Below, one piece after another: positions 21,336 to 31,431 of a stretch of 64,000 bases of DNA. The notes below the pieces were generated by a model. The model saw only the letters and a list, made by a program, of their open reading frames with translations, made no database searches and was not told the DNA's origin. This stretch comes from Alphaproteobacteria bacterium. Its GTDB lineage: Bacteria > Pseudomonadota > Alphaproteobacteria > MPNO01 > UBA830. The position numbers were made by a program, and so were the translations under genes. The stretch lies in the NCBI GenBank assembly GCA_965243135.1, contig OZ251539.1, positions 4,512,001 through 4,576,000 on the forward strand. Reading direction: 5' to 3'. How positions within the stretch are numbered: position 1 is the first letter of the stretch; each line of letters opens with the position of its first letter.

Positions 21336-22198
21336 ACGTCGGCCCCCGCCGCTACTGCGGGCGCGACTTCTCCGAGGACGAGCTTGGCGCGATCCGCGCC
21401 TTGATCGAAAGGGGCGGTCTCACCCGCCGGGCGTTGTCGCGGGAGGTCTGCCGGCTTCTCGACTGGCGCAAGCCCGACGGCGGTCTCAAGGACATGAGCG
21501 CGCGCGTCGCCATGCTGCGCATGCACGGCCTGATCGTCTTGCCGCCGCCAAGGCAAGCGCCGTCCGTCCGCCGTCCGCCCGTGCCCGGTCCCGCGACCGA
21601 CCAGCCCCTGGTCCCGACCCCCGAACGTCTCGCCGACGTCCAACCCGTCGTTGTCGATCCCTGCCGGAACGCGAACGAAGGCCGCCTCTGGAACGAGTTC
21701 GTCGCTCGCTATCATTACCTCGGCCACTCGACGCTGCCCGGCGCGCAGATGCGCTACTTCGTCCGGGCCGCCGACGGCGAAGCCCTCGCCGTCCTCGGCT
21801 TCGGCGCCGCAGCCTGGAAGATCGCGCCGCGGGACAAGTGCGTGGGGTGGGACCCCGAAGCCCGCCGCCGCAACCTGCCGCTGGTGGTCAACAACGCCAG
21901 ATTCCTGATCCTGCCTTGGGTTCGAATCAAGAACCTCGCGTCCCATGTCCTCACCCTGGTCGAACGGCGGCTGCCCGACGACTGGGAGTCCCGCTATGCA
22001 TTGCGTCCGGTCCTGCTCGAGACCTTCTGCGAAACGCCGCGATTCGCAGGAACCTGCTACCGGGCCACCAACTGGATCAAGGTCGGCGCGACCCAGGGCC
22101 GCGGCAAACTCGATACCCGGCGCGAATGCGCTCTCCCGGTCAAGGACATCTGGCTGAAGCCCCTGCGGCGGGACTGGAGGCGGATCCTCAAAAAATAG
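21332..22198 (+). CDS. DUF4338 (DruA-like) protein inside IS66 copy A
   Basis: RYCGRDF, LSREVC..LDWR, RYHYLG, GAQMRY, VVNNARFLILPWV..KNLAS, LLETF, GTCYRATNW. Confidence 0.88.
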   Translation: MNVGPRRYCGRDFSEDELGAIRALIERGGLTRRALSREVCRLLDWRKPDGGLKDMSARVAMLRMHGLIVLPPPRQAPSVRRPPVPGPATDQPLVPTPERLADVQPVVVDPCRNANEGRLWNEFVARYHYLGHSTLPGAQMRYFVRAADGEALAVLGFGAAAWKIAPRDKCVGWDPEARRRNLPLVVNNARFLILPWVRIKNLASHVLTLVERRLPDDWESRYALRPVLLETFCETPRFAGTCYRATNWIKVGATQGRGKLDTRRECALPVKDIWLKPLRRDWRRILKK

Positions 22199-22238
22199 AC
22201 CGTCACTTGACGAGCGAACGCTTACGAAGTGAGGTAAT

Positions 22239-22862
22239 ATGATTGCCAGTCCAAATAGAAGTGAAAAAATTCTTCTTGTCGAAGGAAAAGACGACGAACA
22301 CGTCATCAGACATGTGGTCTTCAAGCTCGGTTTGGAAACTTCGTTTGAGATAATAGACACGGAAGGGGAAGGGATATTTGATGCAATTAGCGTTGGATTA
22401 AGGAGACCCGATCTAGAGACTATTGGCATCGTGGCGGACGCCGATAACAATTTGCCCGGAAGATGGCAAGCCATAGTGAACAGAATACAGGAAACCAAAC
22501 GTAATCCCGAAATTCCGGAAGGACCTCGCGAGGAGGGCGTAATTGTCAACTCGGAACCGCGCATAGGGATCTGGTTGATGCCTGACAATAGTAGACCGGG
22601 AGAAATCGAAGATTTCGTTGCCAGCATGATCCCGGAAAACGATCCTGTATGGCCGAGAGCGGAGCGATATATTCGAGACATTCCGTCAAAGTACCTAAAA
22701 AGCAAAATCTCCAAGGCCAAGCTTTATGCGTGGTTAGCCACGCGAGAAACTCTAGGACGAATGGGGACCGCTATCGGGGCGGGAGCGCTTCGCACGGATG
22801 GAGAAAGGACTCAAATTTTCGGACAGTGGCTTCGAGAGCTGTTCAATCTATCGGATCTCTAA
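22239..22862 (+). CDS. DUF3226-like TOPRIM-fold protein, partner of the ATPase
   Basis: LLVEGKDD, IGIVADAD, GIWLMPDN..GEIEDF, KAKLYAWLA. Confidence 0.8.
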   Translation: MIASPNRSEKILLVEGKDDEHVIRHVVFKLGLETSFEIIDTEGEGIFDAISVGLRRPDLETIGIVADADNNLPGRWQAIVNRIQETKRNPEIPEGPREEGVIVNSEPRIGIWLMPDNSRPGEIEDFVASMIPENDPVWPRAERYIRDIPSKYLKSKISKAKLYAWLATRETLGRMGTAIGAGALRTDGERTQIFGQWLRELFNLSDL

Positions 22863-23861
22863 TCCTCAGATTGATCCATACGTCGAATACAATAGACGTT
22901 TTGCTGAAAGACGTTGATATCACCGCGACTTGAAACGCGTCCCGCACCGAACCGCGTATTGGGCCGCTTTCGAAACAGCCGGCAATAGATGCAAGTCTAG
23001 ACACCTCGAAAGGGCCTATCACGTTGAGCCAACTGGCGACGGAATGTCCTTCCTAGAGGCGTTGAATACCGTGGTCGAGTGGACTGGTTTGGTCGTCGAA
23101 GACCGCACCAATCATTTGCATAACGAGCCCATGTAGATGTGATCTTTTGCGCAATGACGCGCTTCGCTAGTTGCATCTTGAGATAGTCGTGCCCGGCACG
23201 GAGTGCCTGTAACAGGATCGTCACTCGGCACGAAGCACACAAGCGCGTTCCTGAGCTTTGCAGATGTACTGTATGCCTGTGCCACCCTGCCACCGGCTTG
23301 CTTAGATATTCCTTTATACGATCATCCTTGCGCTCAAAAGGTATCGATTTCACGTTGCCGTGCGAACCGATCAAAATCCCTGACGAAGCAACGGGTCATC
23401 GGCACCATGAGCACGGATTACGGTACAGGGTTGTCGTGGCGGAAGAAGCATGATACCTTCGATCCAGCCTATAGTAGGGGAGCGTAAACGTTCCGGCAAA
23501 GGCGGTCGACGCACTCCAATATCGTATAACAAAACTTCGGAAATTACCGGCGCTATCTTTGAGATATGAACTCTAGAAATTTCCCACATGGCAAAGGCTA
23601 CTTACGCCTTCGTGCGACTATGAACGCGGCTTTAACCACAGAGCGGAACAGCGACTGGAGTCCTGTCTCGGGGCGTACATACCTCGTAGATCTAAGGCGA
23701 AGCCTCGCTAGAATCGAAAAAAAGCGCTTACCTTCAAAATCCACGGATCCGGCCACACATATCTGATAACTAATTGAGTTTCATTTGACCGCTAACCGGG
23801 CGGCAGTGATGCTGCACAAGTTTAACAAATACCGAGCGTTGGCGCTTCAGAAACTACGCGT

Positions 23862-24758
23862 TTATGCGAACCCGATCTCCTTCATGAAGGCGCAAACCAA
23901 TTCCACGCACGCTTCAGGCTGTTCGATCTGCAGGAAATGACCCGATCCCCGCACGCATTCGTACGTCCATCCGCACTCGTCCCGAAGCGCCAAGGCCGCC
24001 CGTCCCGGCGGGGAATCGCCCTCCGGATCGCTTGCGACGATCATCACTGGACCGGGAAAGGCGTCGGCCTGAGGCCACATGCGCAGCGCGGCGTTTTGCT
24101 TGTAGATGTCCGCCTCGAGCGAACCTGGACACGACAGCGTCCAGGCGCTTCCGTCCCGCCGGAGCACGGCACGCGCCATCAGGTCGTAGGCTCCGTCCAC
24201 CCAGCCCGACAACATGCGCGAGCCGGAGAAATGCTCTGCCAGTTCCGACGGATCGTCGAACCGTGAGGGTCGCTCTTCGGCCCAGAGCCACAGCAGACGT
24301 TCAAGCGCGATCATGTCGTCGTGCAGCGCATGGCCCTCCGGCGGCACCATGGGAGGGTCGAACACGACCAGCCCGTCGAGCCGCCAGTCCACCTCCAGCG
24401 CGTATCTGAGGTTCGTGCGCGCCGACATGGAATGGAACGCGCCAAGCTGGGGCTTCGGACCGAATTCCCGATCTATCGCGTCGTACACCGCCGTCATGTC
24501 CAGCAGAAACCGGTCGAAGTCGTGCGCGCCGTCATGCGGCGGGTTCCGGCCGTAATGGCGGAAGTCGAACGCGACGACCTCGAAATCCCGGAGCAGCGAA
24601 CGCCAGAACGGAAAATAGCCGTCAACGGCGCAGCCGTTGCCATGACTCAGAATCACGCGCGGCGCGTTCGCGTTTCCGTGCCTGCGGAGACGGATCACCG
24701 CCCCGTCGTCCATCGCGGCATCGTACGCTCCCGTCGGTTCCGGAACTATGAAGCGCAA
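23862..24758 (-). CDS. Alpha/beta hydrolase
   Basis: ILSHGNG, AFDFRHYGRN, FHSMS nucleophile elbow, GSGHFLQIEQP. Confidence 0.85.
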   Translation of the reverse strand: MRFIVPEPTGAYDAAMDDGAVIRLRRHGNANAPRVILSHGNGCAVDGYFPFWRSLLRDFEVVAFDFRHYGRNPPHDGAHDFDRFLLDMTAVYDAIDREFGPKPQLGAFHSMSARTNLRYALEVDWRLDGLVVFDPPMVPPEGHALHDDMIALERLLWLWAEERPSRFDDPSELAEHFSGSRMLSGWVDGAYDLMARAVLRRDGSAWTLSCPGSLEADIYKQNAALRMWPQADAFPGPVMIVASDPEGDSPPGRAALALRDECGWTYECVRGSGHFLQIEQPEACVELVCAFMKEIGFA

Positions 24759-24923
24759 ACCGCCGCCCGCCGTTCAATTAGGTGAAGGCGCGAAACAGAC
24801 CAGATTGCCCGAAGGCTGTCAAAACGCCGACGCGGGCGACGGAACCGAAAGCCCGGAAAAGCCGTTCCGGCCGCATGTCGTTTGATTCTATGCGCCGCCC
24901 CCGGAAGCCGTTAGGGTTGACCG

Positions 24924-25355
24924 ATGGATATGCAGAGCTTCATCGTGCGCACCGGGATCCGGTTCTCGTACGAATTGGCGAAAGGAAACCCGGGCGTTCG
25001 CCACCGCAACGCAACGGAAAGTCACGACCACTTTCTGTGCTCGTTGCGCGGGCGAATGCACGAAATGACTTTCCACTTCTCGGTGCCGAGCGACAGCGGT
25101 CCGCCGCAAGCGGAGGATGCGCTGCGTTACCTCGGAGCGCTCGCGGCCGAATACGAAGACTGCGAGGATATCGAAGAGTGGGCCAAGGAGCACGATCTGC
25201 ACCCGAGCGACGCGGAGACCCGCGACGCTTACGAGGCCGTCGCCCGCCTCGCGCGAGATCTCTGGCAGCTGGTCGGCGCCGACCTTTACGCCGAACTCCT
25301 GAAGGAGATCGAGATCGAACAGGCCGTCGACATGACGCTGGCCGGAATCGTCTGA
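24924..25355 (+). CDS. Hypothetical acidic protein, 143 aa
   Basis: Clean ORF with host-like codon use, divergent from the hydrolase. Confidence 0.7.
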   Translation: MDMQSFIVRTGIRFSYELAKGNPGVRHRNATESHDHFLCSLRGRMHEMTFHFSVPSDSGPPQAEDALRYLGALAAEYEDCEDIEEWAKEHDLHPSDAETRDAYEAVARLARDLWQLVGADLYAELLKEIEIEQAVDMTLAGIV

Positions 25356-25596
25356 ACGCATTGTTGCAACCGCTGCGCCGCGTTCCGCAGCGAAACGCCT
25401 GTCCGGGAATGTCTGCCGCTTCCGGCATCCGCGGCCGGTCAACGGCTTGTCTCGCTTCCGCACAGCGGGGCCTGCGCGCGGCCGGAGCTTTCGGATTCCA
25501 CGCCGGACGCACGCAGAGCTCTCGCCGAAGCGCCTATCGGACGAAACCGTTACGGGAAAGTTTTTTCGCCGCGTCGCGAGCGCAGCGGCGAACCCG

Positions 25597-25623
25597 CCCG
25601 CAACGCGCTTGCGCGTTGCCGGG
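25597..25623. terminator. GC-rich hairpin between convergent genes
   Basis: GCAACGCGC-TT-GCGCGTTGC; no U-tract. Confidence 0.35.
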
Positions 25624-25776
25624 AGCCGGTGGACGCAAAATCCGATCCCCGCGCCGAGCGGACGCCCGGAAAGCGGCGTCGAACCCTCGTCGACGCGGCC
25701 AGCGTCCAACGCCTCGGGAAGCGGCGACGCCCGCGTCAGAGCGTCTTTCCCCGTTCCGGGGCGGATCGGCCGCCCT

Positions 25777-26481
25777 TCATGCGGAAGGCCGCGACGACTC
25801 GCCGGACAGAATTCGTTTGGCCATGCGCAGCATGGCGTCCATGTGAAACGCCTGTTGCTCCGGCGCATAGCGATATTTTCTGCCGACCGGACAGGCGCGG
25901 CGGGCCATGCAACCGCGATTCCGGCAGTTGCCGCCTTCCGGACCGGCCATGTGCGACACGCAGGCCGGCATGTCGAACCGATCGGGCAGAAACGCATCGA
26001 CGGGGCAAACGTCGAGGCAAGGTTTGCGCTCGCAGGCGTCGCAGGGATTGGCGAAACGCTGGCGGCGCGGCAGCGCCAGCCGGTCCTCGAACGTCAACGC
26101 CGCCCGATACACGTGCCAAAGGCCGAACTCCGGGTGAATCATGATGCCGGTCGGCGACCGGTAGACGGACTCGGCCCGCGCGGCCCAGTCCTGCACCGGG
26201 GGATAAGGAGGACCGTCCGCGGGAAATACGACTGCAGCGCCCGTCTCCGCCGCGACTCCTTCGATTATCGGTCGCAACCAGTTGTCGAGCGGATTCGGTC
26301 CCGAGGCGCCTGAAGCGATGAACGCATCCCACATGGCGGTTCCAGCGTTGCCGATCAGCACCACGGTCTCCGGGCGCTTTCCGTTCGGCAGGTCGGGAAC
26401 GCCATCCGCCCCGGCGGGGTGGAAACCGCCGCGCACGAAGAGACCTTTCGGGGCCAGCAATTCGTCCAGTCTATCGAACAT
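25777..26481 (-). CDS. Alphaproteobacterial 4Fe-4S (QueG-fold-like) protein
   Basis: VLIGNAG..MW, NPLDNW, IHPEFGLWHVYRAAL, CDAC..KPCLDVCP, GCMARRACP. Confidence 0.75.
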   Translation of the reverse strand: MFDRLDELLAPKGLFVRGGFHPAGADGVPDLPNGKRPETVVLIGNAGTAMWDAFIASGASGPNPLDNWLRPIIEGVAAETGAAVVFPADGPPYPPVQDWAARAESVYRSPTGIMIHPEFGLWHVYRAALTFEDRLALPRRQRFANPCDACERKPCLDVCPVDAFLPDRFDMPACVSHMAGPEGGNCRNRGCMARRACPVGRKYRYAPEQQAFHMDAMLRMAKRILSGESSRPSA

Positions 26482-26599
26482 TCCGTATCCGCTGGTGGGA
26501 GCGGCCCTGATCCTATAGGCAGACTGACGAAAATGTTACTGGATAAACTGGCGCCGAACGACCATCTTTCCGATGTCAATCGAATTGGAGGATCCGCCG

Positions 26600-27067
26600 A
26601 TGGCTCGCCCGTCAGTCGCTTCGTTCGTTCTTGCGCTCGGCCTGCTGGCGATGGCGGCTCTGCAGCCTGCCGCAGCCGGCAATATCTGGTTTACCGGCGG
26701 CGAGGCGGCGGTCCGCGGCTACGATACCGTCGCGTATTTCTCCGAGGGCCGGCCCGTCGAGGGAAAGCGGGAATTCACCCATCGCTGGATGGATACGGAG
26801 TGGCGCTTCGCCAGCGCCGTCAACCGCGATCTGTTCGCCGCCGAGCCGGAGAAATACGCTCCTCGATACGGAGGCTGGTGCGCGTGGGCGGTCGCCAACG
26901 GCTACACCGCGCCGACCGATCCGCGCGCCTGGAAGATTGTCGACGGCAGGCTCTATCTGAATTATTCGAAAAGCGTCCAGCGCCAGTGGGACGGCGACAT
27001 TCCCGGCCACATCGCCCGCGGGGACCGCAACTGGCCCGGAATCAGGAAGAACCTCGAGGCGAAGTGA
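26600..27067 (+). CDS. Secreted YHS-domain protein
   Basis: Signal peptide, GYDTVAYF, WRFAS..N..LF..PEKYAPRYGGWCA, IVDGRLYLN. Confidence 0.88.
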   Translation: MARPSVASFVLALGLLAMAALQPAAAGNIWFTGGEAAVRGYDTVAYFSEGRPVEGKREFTHRWMDTEWRFASAVNRDLFAAEPEKYAPRYGGWCAWAVANGYTAPTDPRAWKIVDGRLYLNYSKSVQRQWDGDIPGHIARGDRNWPGIRKNLEAK

Positions 27068-27107
27068 CGGATGGCGCCGACGGCGCCGAAAAGCTAACTT
27101 CCGCCTC

Positions 27108-27920
27108 ATGTTGACGCGAACGATTCCTTCCTCGGGGGAGCGCGTCGCCGCGGTCGGCGTCGGCACGTGGCGGGGCTTCGACGTCGGGAGCGGAACGGCG
27201 GCGCGCGCACCGTTGCGCCGCGTCCTCGAAACGCTGACGGACCGCGGCGCCCAAGTCGTCGACTCGTCGCCGATGTACGGCGCGGCCGAAGGAGTCGCGG
27301 GCGACCTCTTGGCCGAACTCGATCGACCGGCCTTCGTCGCGACCAAGGTATGGACGCGGGGACGGCGCGCGGGGATTCGGCAGATGGAAACTTCCTTCTC
27401 TCTGTTCCGCCGGGAAACGATCGACCTGATGCAGATCCACAACCTGGTGGACTGGAAGACCCATCTCCGAACCATGCGCGAATGGCGGCGAGAGGGCCGT
27501 ATCCGCTATGTCGGCTACACGCATTACCGGCCGCATGCTTTTCCGGAACTCATGGATACGATGCGGAAGGAGCCGGTGGACTTCGCGCAGTTCTGTTATT
27601 CCATCGAAGAACGCGACGCCGAAACCGACATCCTGCCGTTCTGCGCGGCGAACGGCGTCGCAACCCTGATCAACCTTCCGTTCGGCGGCGGCGGGCTCCT
27701 CTCGCGCCTGCGTTCCAGGCCGCTGCCGGATCTCGCCGCCGAACTGGAATGCGCGACCTGGGCGCAGTTCTGCCTCAAATACGTCATCTCGCATCCGGCG
27801 GTGACGTGCGCCATTCCCGGTACCGGTAATCCGGACCATATGGCCGAACTCGTCGCCGCTGCGACCGGACCGATTCCCGACGAAAGAACCCGGCAGGCGA
27901 TGGCTGCGCTGATGTCCTGA
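27108..27920 (+). CDS. Aldo/keto reductase
   Basis: VGVGTW, DSSPMYG..E, ATKVW, IDLMQIHNL, IPGT. Confidence 0.9.
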   Translation: MLTRTIPSSGERVAAVGVGTWRGFDVGSGTAARAPLRRVLETLTDRGAQVVDSSPMYGAAEGVAGDLLAELDRPAFVATKVWTRGRRAGIRQMETSFSLFRRETIDLMQIHNLVDWKTHLRTMREWRREGRIRYVGYTHYRPHAFPELMDTMRKEPVDFAQFCYSIEERDAETDILPFCAANGVATLINLPFGGGGLLSRLRSRPLPDLAAELECATWAQFCLKYVISHPAVTCAIPGTGNPDHMAELVAAATGPIPDERTRQAMAALMS

Positions 27921-27988
27921 CGATAGCCCCTGAGTTCGACGGCGCCGGGAACCGACCGCTACGCCCTCTTGCGGATGCCGGGCCGGCG

Positions 27989-29242
27989 TCACGGCCCCAG
28001 CGCCGCGATCGGTATGACCGCCACCCCGTCGTCCCGTAGGTAACCATAACCGGACCCCACGATGACTCCGAGGATTCGTGGCGGCCCAGCCCCCTCGGGG
28101 TTCACGCGATCGCGAAACTTCAGCAGGGCCTTCGCGGCAGTGTCGATCTGCCTGCCGCCGAGCTTGACTTCGAAACCGCACCACTCGCCTTGCCGGTTTT
28201 CCACGATCGCGTCCACTTCGAGCCCCGTGTTGTCCCTGTAGTGATAGACGGCCGCGTCGCAAGCGCGGGCGTAAACCGAGAGATCGCGATGAACCAGGGA
28301 TTCGAACAGCGGTCCCGTGAATTCAAGATCCGCCAGAAGCCACGCCGGGGACGCGCCGAGGGCGGCGACCGCCAGGGACGGGTCGACGAAATGCCGTTTC
28401 GGAGCGCGGCGCGGAAAGGACCGCGACCGGAGCCGGGGCGACCACGCCGGCTGCTCCTCGCAGACCATCAACCGACGCAGAGAATCCAGATAGCTACGCA
28501 CCGCGTCGCCATCCAGAGGACCGTCGTCTCCTCCGGCATCCGCCGCGATCGCTCTGGCGCTGACCGGCGTCGCCACGCTCCGCGCCAGCGAACGAAGCAC
28601 CCTGCCGACGTTTTCCGGCGCGCGGCGAACGCTGTCCGGACGGGAAATGTCGACGCGGCGAATTTCCTCCAAGTAATCGACGCAAGCGGTCAGACAAGCT
28701 TCGTCGGACAGATCCAGATGGCCGGGCCAGCCTCCCCTGCAGATTTGCACGGCGAGATCCTGCAACGGCAAACCGGGATCAGGACAGCCGTCGAATCGGC
28801 TTTGCATCAGCTCCCGCAATGAAATTTCCCCGGTGGAAATCCGGGTCTCCGCCAAGGTCATGGTGCGCAACCGCAGACGGGAAATTCGGCCCGCCCCGGT
28901 ATGGCGCGCGATATCGTCGGCCGGCACCGCCGAGCCGGTCAGGATGAATCGCCCGCGGCGTCCGGACCGATCGACTGCGCGGCGGACATGATTCCACAGC
29001 GCCGGTTCGATCTGCCATTCGTCGATCAGTCGCGGCGTTTCCCCCGTCAATACCAATGCCGGGTCTACCTCCGCCGCCCGCCGCGCGTTCTCGTCGACAT
29101 CCAGCAGCACCTCGCTCGACGCCGCCTGTCGAGCCATCGCCGTTTTTCCGCAGGCTCGCGGTCCCTCTATGAGCACCGCGCCGGCTGATTGCAGCCTGCG
29201 GACGAGTTCGGCGTCGCCGATTCGCGAACGGTACGCGTCCAT
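27989..29242 (-). CDS. AAA_14 ATPase with DUF4143 C-terminal domain
   Basis: IEGPRACGKT, LIDEWQ, FILTGS, PKRHFVDP, GPLFES, EVDAIVE..FEVK. Confidence 0.88.
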   Translation of the reverse strand: MDAYRSRIGDAELVRRLQSAGAVLIEGPRACGKTAMARQAASSEVLLDVDENARRAAEVDPALVLTGETPRLIDEWQIEPALWNHVRRAVDRSGRRGRFILTGSAVPADDIARHTGAGRISRLRLRTMTLAETRISTGEISLRELMQSRFDGCPDPGLPLQDLAVQICRGGWPGHLDLSDEACLTACVDYLEEIRRVDISRPDSVRRAPENVGRVLRSLARSVATPVSARAIAADAGGDDGPLDGDAVRSYLDSLRRLMVCEEQPAWSPRLRSRSFPRRAPKRHFVDPSLAVAALGASPAWLLADLEFTGPLFESLVHRDLSVYARACDAAVYHYRDNTGLEVDAIVENRQGEWCGFEVKLGGRQIDTAAKALLKFRDRVNPEGAGPPRILGVIVGSGYGYLRDDGVAVIPIAALGP

Positions 29243-29593
29243 ATCTCCCGAGCGTCAACGCGACAATCAATCGTTCAGGGCCGTTATCTGCAACGCCGTG
29301 AACCAGCCAAATATAACCAATCCAACCTGGCATTTGCAACGCAATTAACCGACCAAATGGAACGAATATAACCGGGCATTCGCAAAGCGCCGCCATTCGA
29401 GAAACCGCCGGGGAGACCGATTCCATCGCCGCCGCGCGTGCCCGCTTTCCAGCTGGCGGCCGAACGTGGAAGCCGGACGCAAAAAATGCGCCGACGATCC
29501 GACGCCGACACGTCCCGCCGCGCGCGCCGCTTTACCTACGGCCCCGAATTTGTGATTGTGCGCGGCCGCAACGATGCCGCTTGGGAGACCGAC

Positions 29594-30955
29594 ATGTCCG
29601 ACACCGTCAAATTCGTCCTCGAAGAAAAGGATCTCCCGCGCCACTGGTACAACGTCATGGCGGATCTTCCGCAGCCGCCGGCGCCGCCGCTCCATCCCGG
29701 GACGGGACAGCCCGTGGGCCCGGACGACCTCGCGCCCCTGTTCCCGATGGCGTTGATCATGCAGGAGGTCTCGGCCGAACGCGAAATCGAAATCCCCGAC
29801 GAGGTCCGCGACATCTACAAGCAATGGCGCCCGTCGCCGCTGTTCCGCGCCCGCCGGCTCGAAGCGGCGCTCGATACCCCGGCGAAGATCTACTACAAGT
29901 ACGAGGGAGTGAGCCCGGCCGGCAGCCACAAGCCCAACACCGCGGTCGCGCAAGCGTACTACAACAAGCAGGAAGGCGTCGCCCGGCTCGCGACCGAAAC
30001 CGGCGCGGGACAGTGGGGCTCGGCGCTCGCCTTCGCCGGCGCGCTTTTCGGCCTGGAAGTCGACGTCTACATGGTGAAGGTTTCGTTCCAGCAGAAGCCT
30101 TACCGCAAGGCGTTGATGGAATCATACGGCGCGCGCTGCGTCGCGAGCCCCTCGGACGAAACCGCGGCGGGGCGCGCGATCCTCGAGCGGAGTCCGGATT
30201 CGACCGGCAGCCTCGGCATCGCGATCTCGGAAGCCGTCGAGGTCGCGGCCACGCGGGACGACACGAAATATGCGCTCGGCAGCGTTCTCAATCACGTGCT
30301 GCTGCACCAGACCGTCGTCGGACAGGAAGCCCTCGCGCAGCTCGAAATGGCCGGAGACTACCCGGACGTGATCGTCGGCTGCACCGGCGGCGGGTCCAAC
30401 TTCAGCGGCATCTCCTTTCCGTTCATCGGCGAGAAGCTGCGCGGCGGAAAGGATGTCCGCGTCGTCGCGGTCGAGCCCGCGGCGTGCCCCTCGCTGACGC
30501 GCGGCAGGTTCGCCTACGACTTCGGCGACACCGGCCACCTGACGCCGCTCGTGAAGATGCACACCTTGGGCTCGACCTTCATCCCGCCCGGCTTCCACGC
30601 CGGCGGGCTGCGCTATCACGGCATGGCACCGCTGGTCAGCCACGTCCAGGAAATCGGCCTCATCTCGTCGAAAGCCTACCGGCAGACCGAGTGCTTCGCG
30701 GCCGGCGTGCAGTTCGCCCGGGCCGAAGGCGTCCTGCCGGCCCCCGAAGCCAATCACGCGGTCAAGGGAGCCATCGACGAAGCGCTGCGCTGCAAGGAGG
30801 AAGGCCGGCCGGAGACGATCCTGTTCAACCTGTGCGGCCACGGCCATTTCGACATGCAGGCCTATACCGACTATTTCTCGGGCAATCTCGTCGATCAAGA
30901 TTACGACGAAAACGAGCTGGCGATGGCGCTCGCCGGACTGCCGGCCGTCGCGTAA
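29594..30955 (+). CDS. trpB2: Tryptophan synthase beta-like, TrpB2 type
   Basis: [51 protein letters not shown]. Confidence 0.93.
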   Translation: MSDTVKFVLEEKDLPRHWYNVMADLPQPPAPPLHPGTGQPVGPDDLAPLFPMALIMQEVSAEREIEIPDEVRDIYKQWRPSPLFRARRLEAALDTPAKIYYKYEGVSPAGSHKPNTAVAQAYYNKQEGVARLATETGAGQWGSALAFAGALFGLEVDVYMVKVSFQQKPYRKALMESYGARCVASPSDETAAGRAILERSPDSTGSLGIAISEAVEVAATRDDTKYALGSVLNHVLLHQTVVGQEALAQLEMAGDYPDVIVGCTGGGSNFSGISFPFIGEKLRGGKDVRVVAVEPAACPSLTRGRFAYDFGDTGHLTPLVKMHTLGSTFIPPGFHAGGLRYHGMAPLVSHVQEIGLISSKAYRQTECFAAGVQFARAEGVLPAPEANHAVKGAIDEALRCKEEGRPETILFNLCGHGHFDMQAYTDYFSGNLVDQDYDENELAMALAGLPAVA

Positions 30956-30963
30956 GGACGGCC

Positions 30964-31431
30964 TCAGCCGCGGCGTTCCTCGAGCACGGCGAGAATCGCG
31001 TCGACGATCCCGACGTATCCGGTGCAGCGGCACAGATTGCCGGCAAGTTCCAGCCGCACCCGCGCCTCGTCGGCACCGGGCAACCGGAGAACGATGTCGC
31101 GCGCAGCGACCAGCATGCCGGGCGTGCAATAGCCGCATTGGAGCGCGTGATGTTCGTGGAACGCCTTCCTGAGCTGCGCCATGGACTCGTCGTCGTCGAA
31201 GCCTTCGATGGTGGTGATTTCGGCGCCGTCGGCGGCCACCGCGAAGGTTATGCAGGAGCGCATCGGCTCGCCGTTCATCAGCACCGTGCAGGCGCCGCAC
31301 ACGCCGTGCTCGCAGCCGAGATGAGTTCCCGTCAGCCGGCGGTGGTCGCGGATGAAATCCGCCAGCGAAAGGCGGGGCTCGACCTCGGCGGCAACGGGCT
31401 CGCCGTTGATGGTGAGCGACAGCGCGTTCAT
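30964..31431 (-). CDS. Molybdenum hydroxylase small 2Fe-2S subunit (CoxS-like)
   Basis: GCEHGVCGACT, QCGYCTPG, GNLCRCTGY. Confidence 0.93.
   Translation of the reverse strand: MNALSLTINGEPVAAEVEPRLSLADFIRDHRRLTGTHLGCEHGVCGACTVLMNGEPMRSCITFAVAADGAEITTIEGFDDDESMAQLRKAFHEHHALQCGYCTPGMLVAARDIVLRLPGADEARVRLELAGNLCRCTGYVGIVDAILAVLEERRG

Larger units (their letters stand above)
19468..22225 (+). mobile_element. IS66-family element (tnpC + DUF4338), copy A
   Basis: TIRs GTAAGCGTTCGCTCGTCAAGTGA; 8-bp TSD GAAGTGAG (19460-19467, 22226-22233). Confidence 0.93.

Noticed and set aside
19541-22198. 885-aa TnpC-DUF4338 fusion
   Set aside because: Produced by frameshifting deletions in copy A; intact copy B has two separate coupled genes
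21332-22198. Druantia defence system
   Set aside because: No DruE helicase or DruB-D genes; both DUF4338 genes lie inside IS ends
26600-27067. Selenocysteine in the YHS protein or in formate dehydrogenase
   Set aside because: Both have Cys codons at the relevant motifs (GGWCA; RLCHA) and no in-frame TGA
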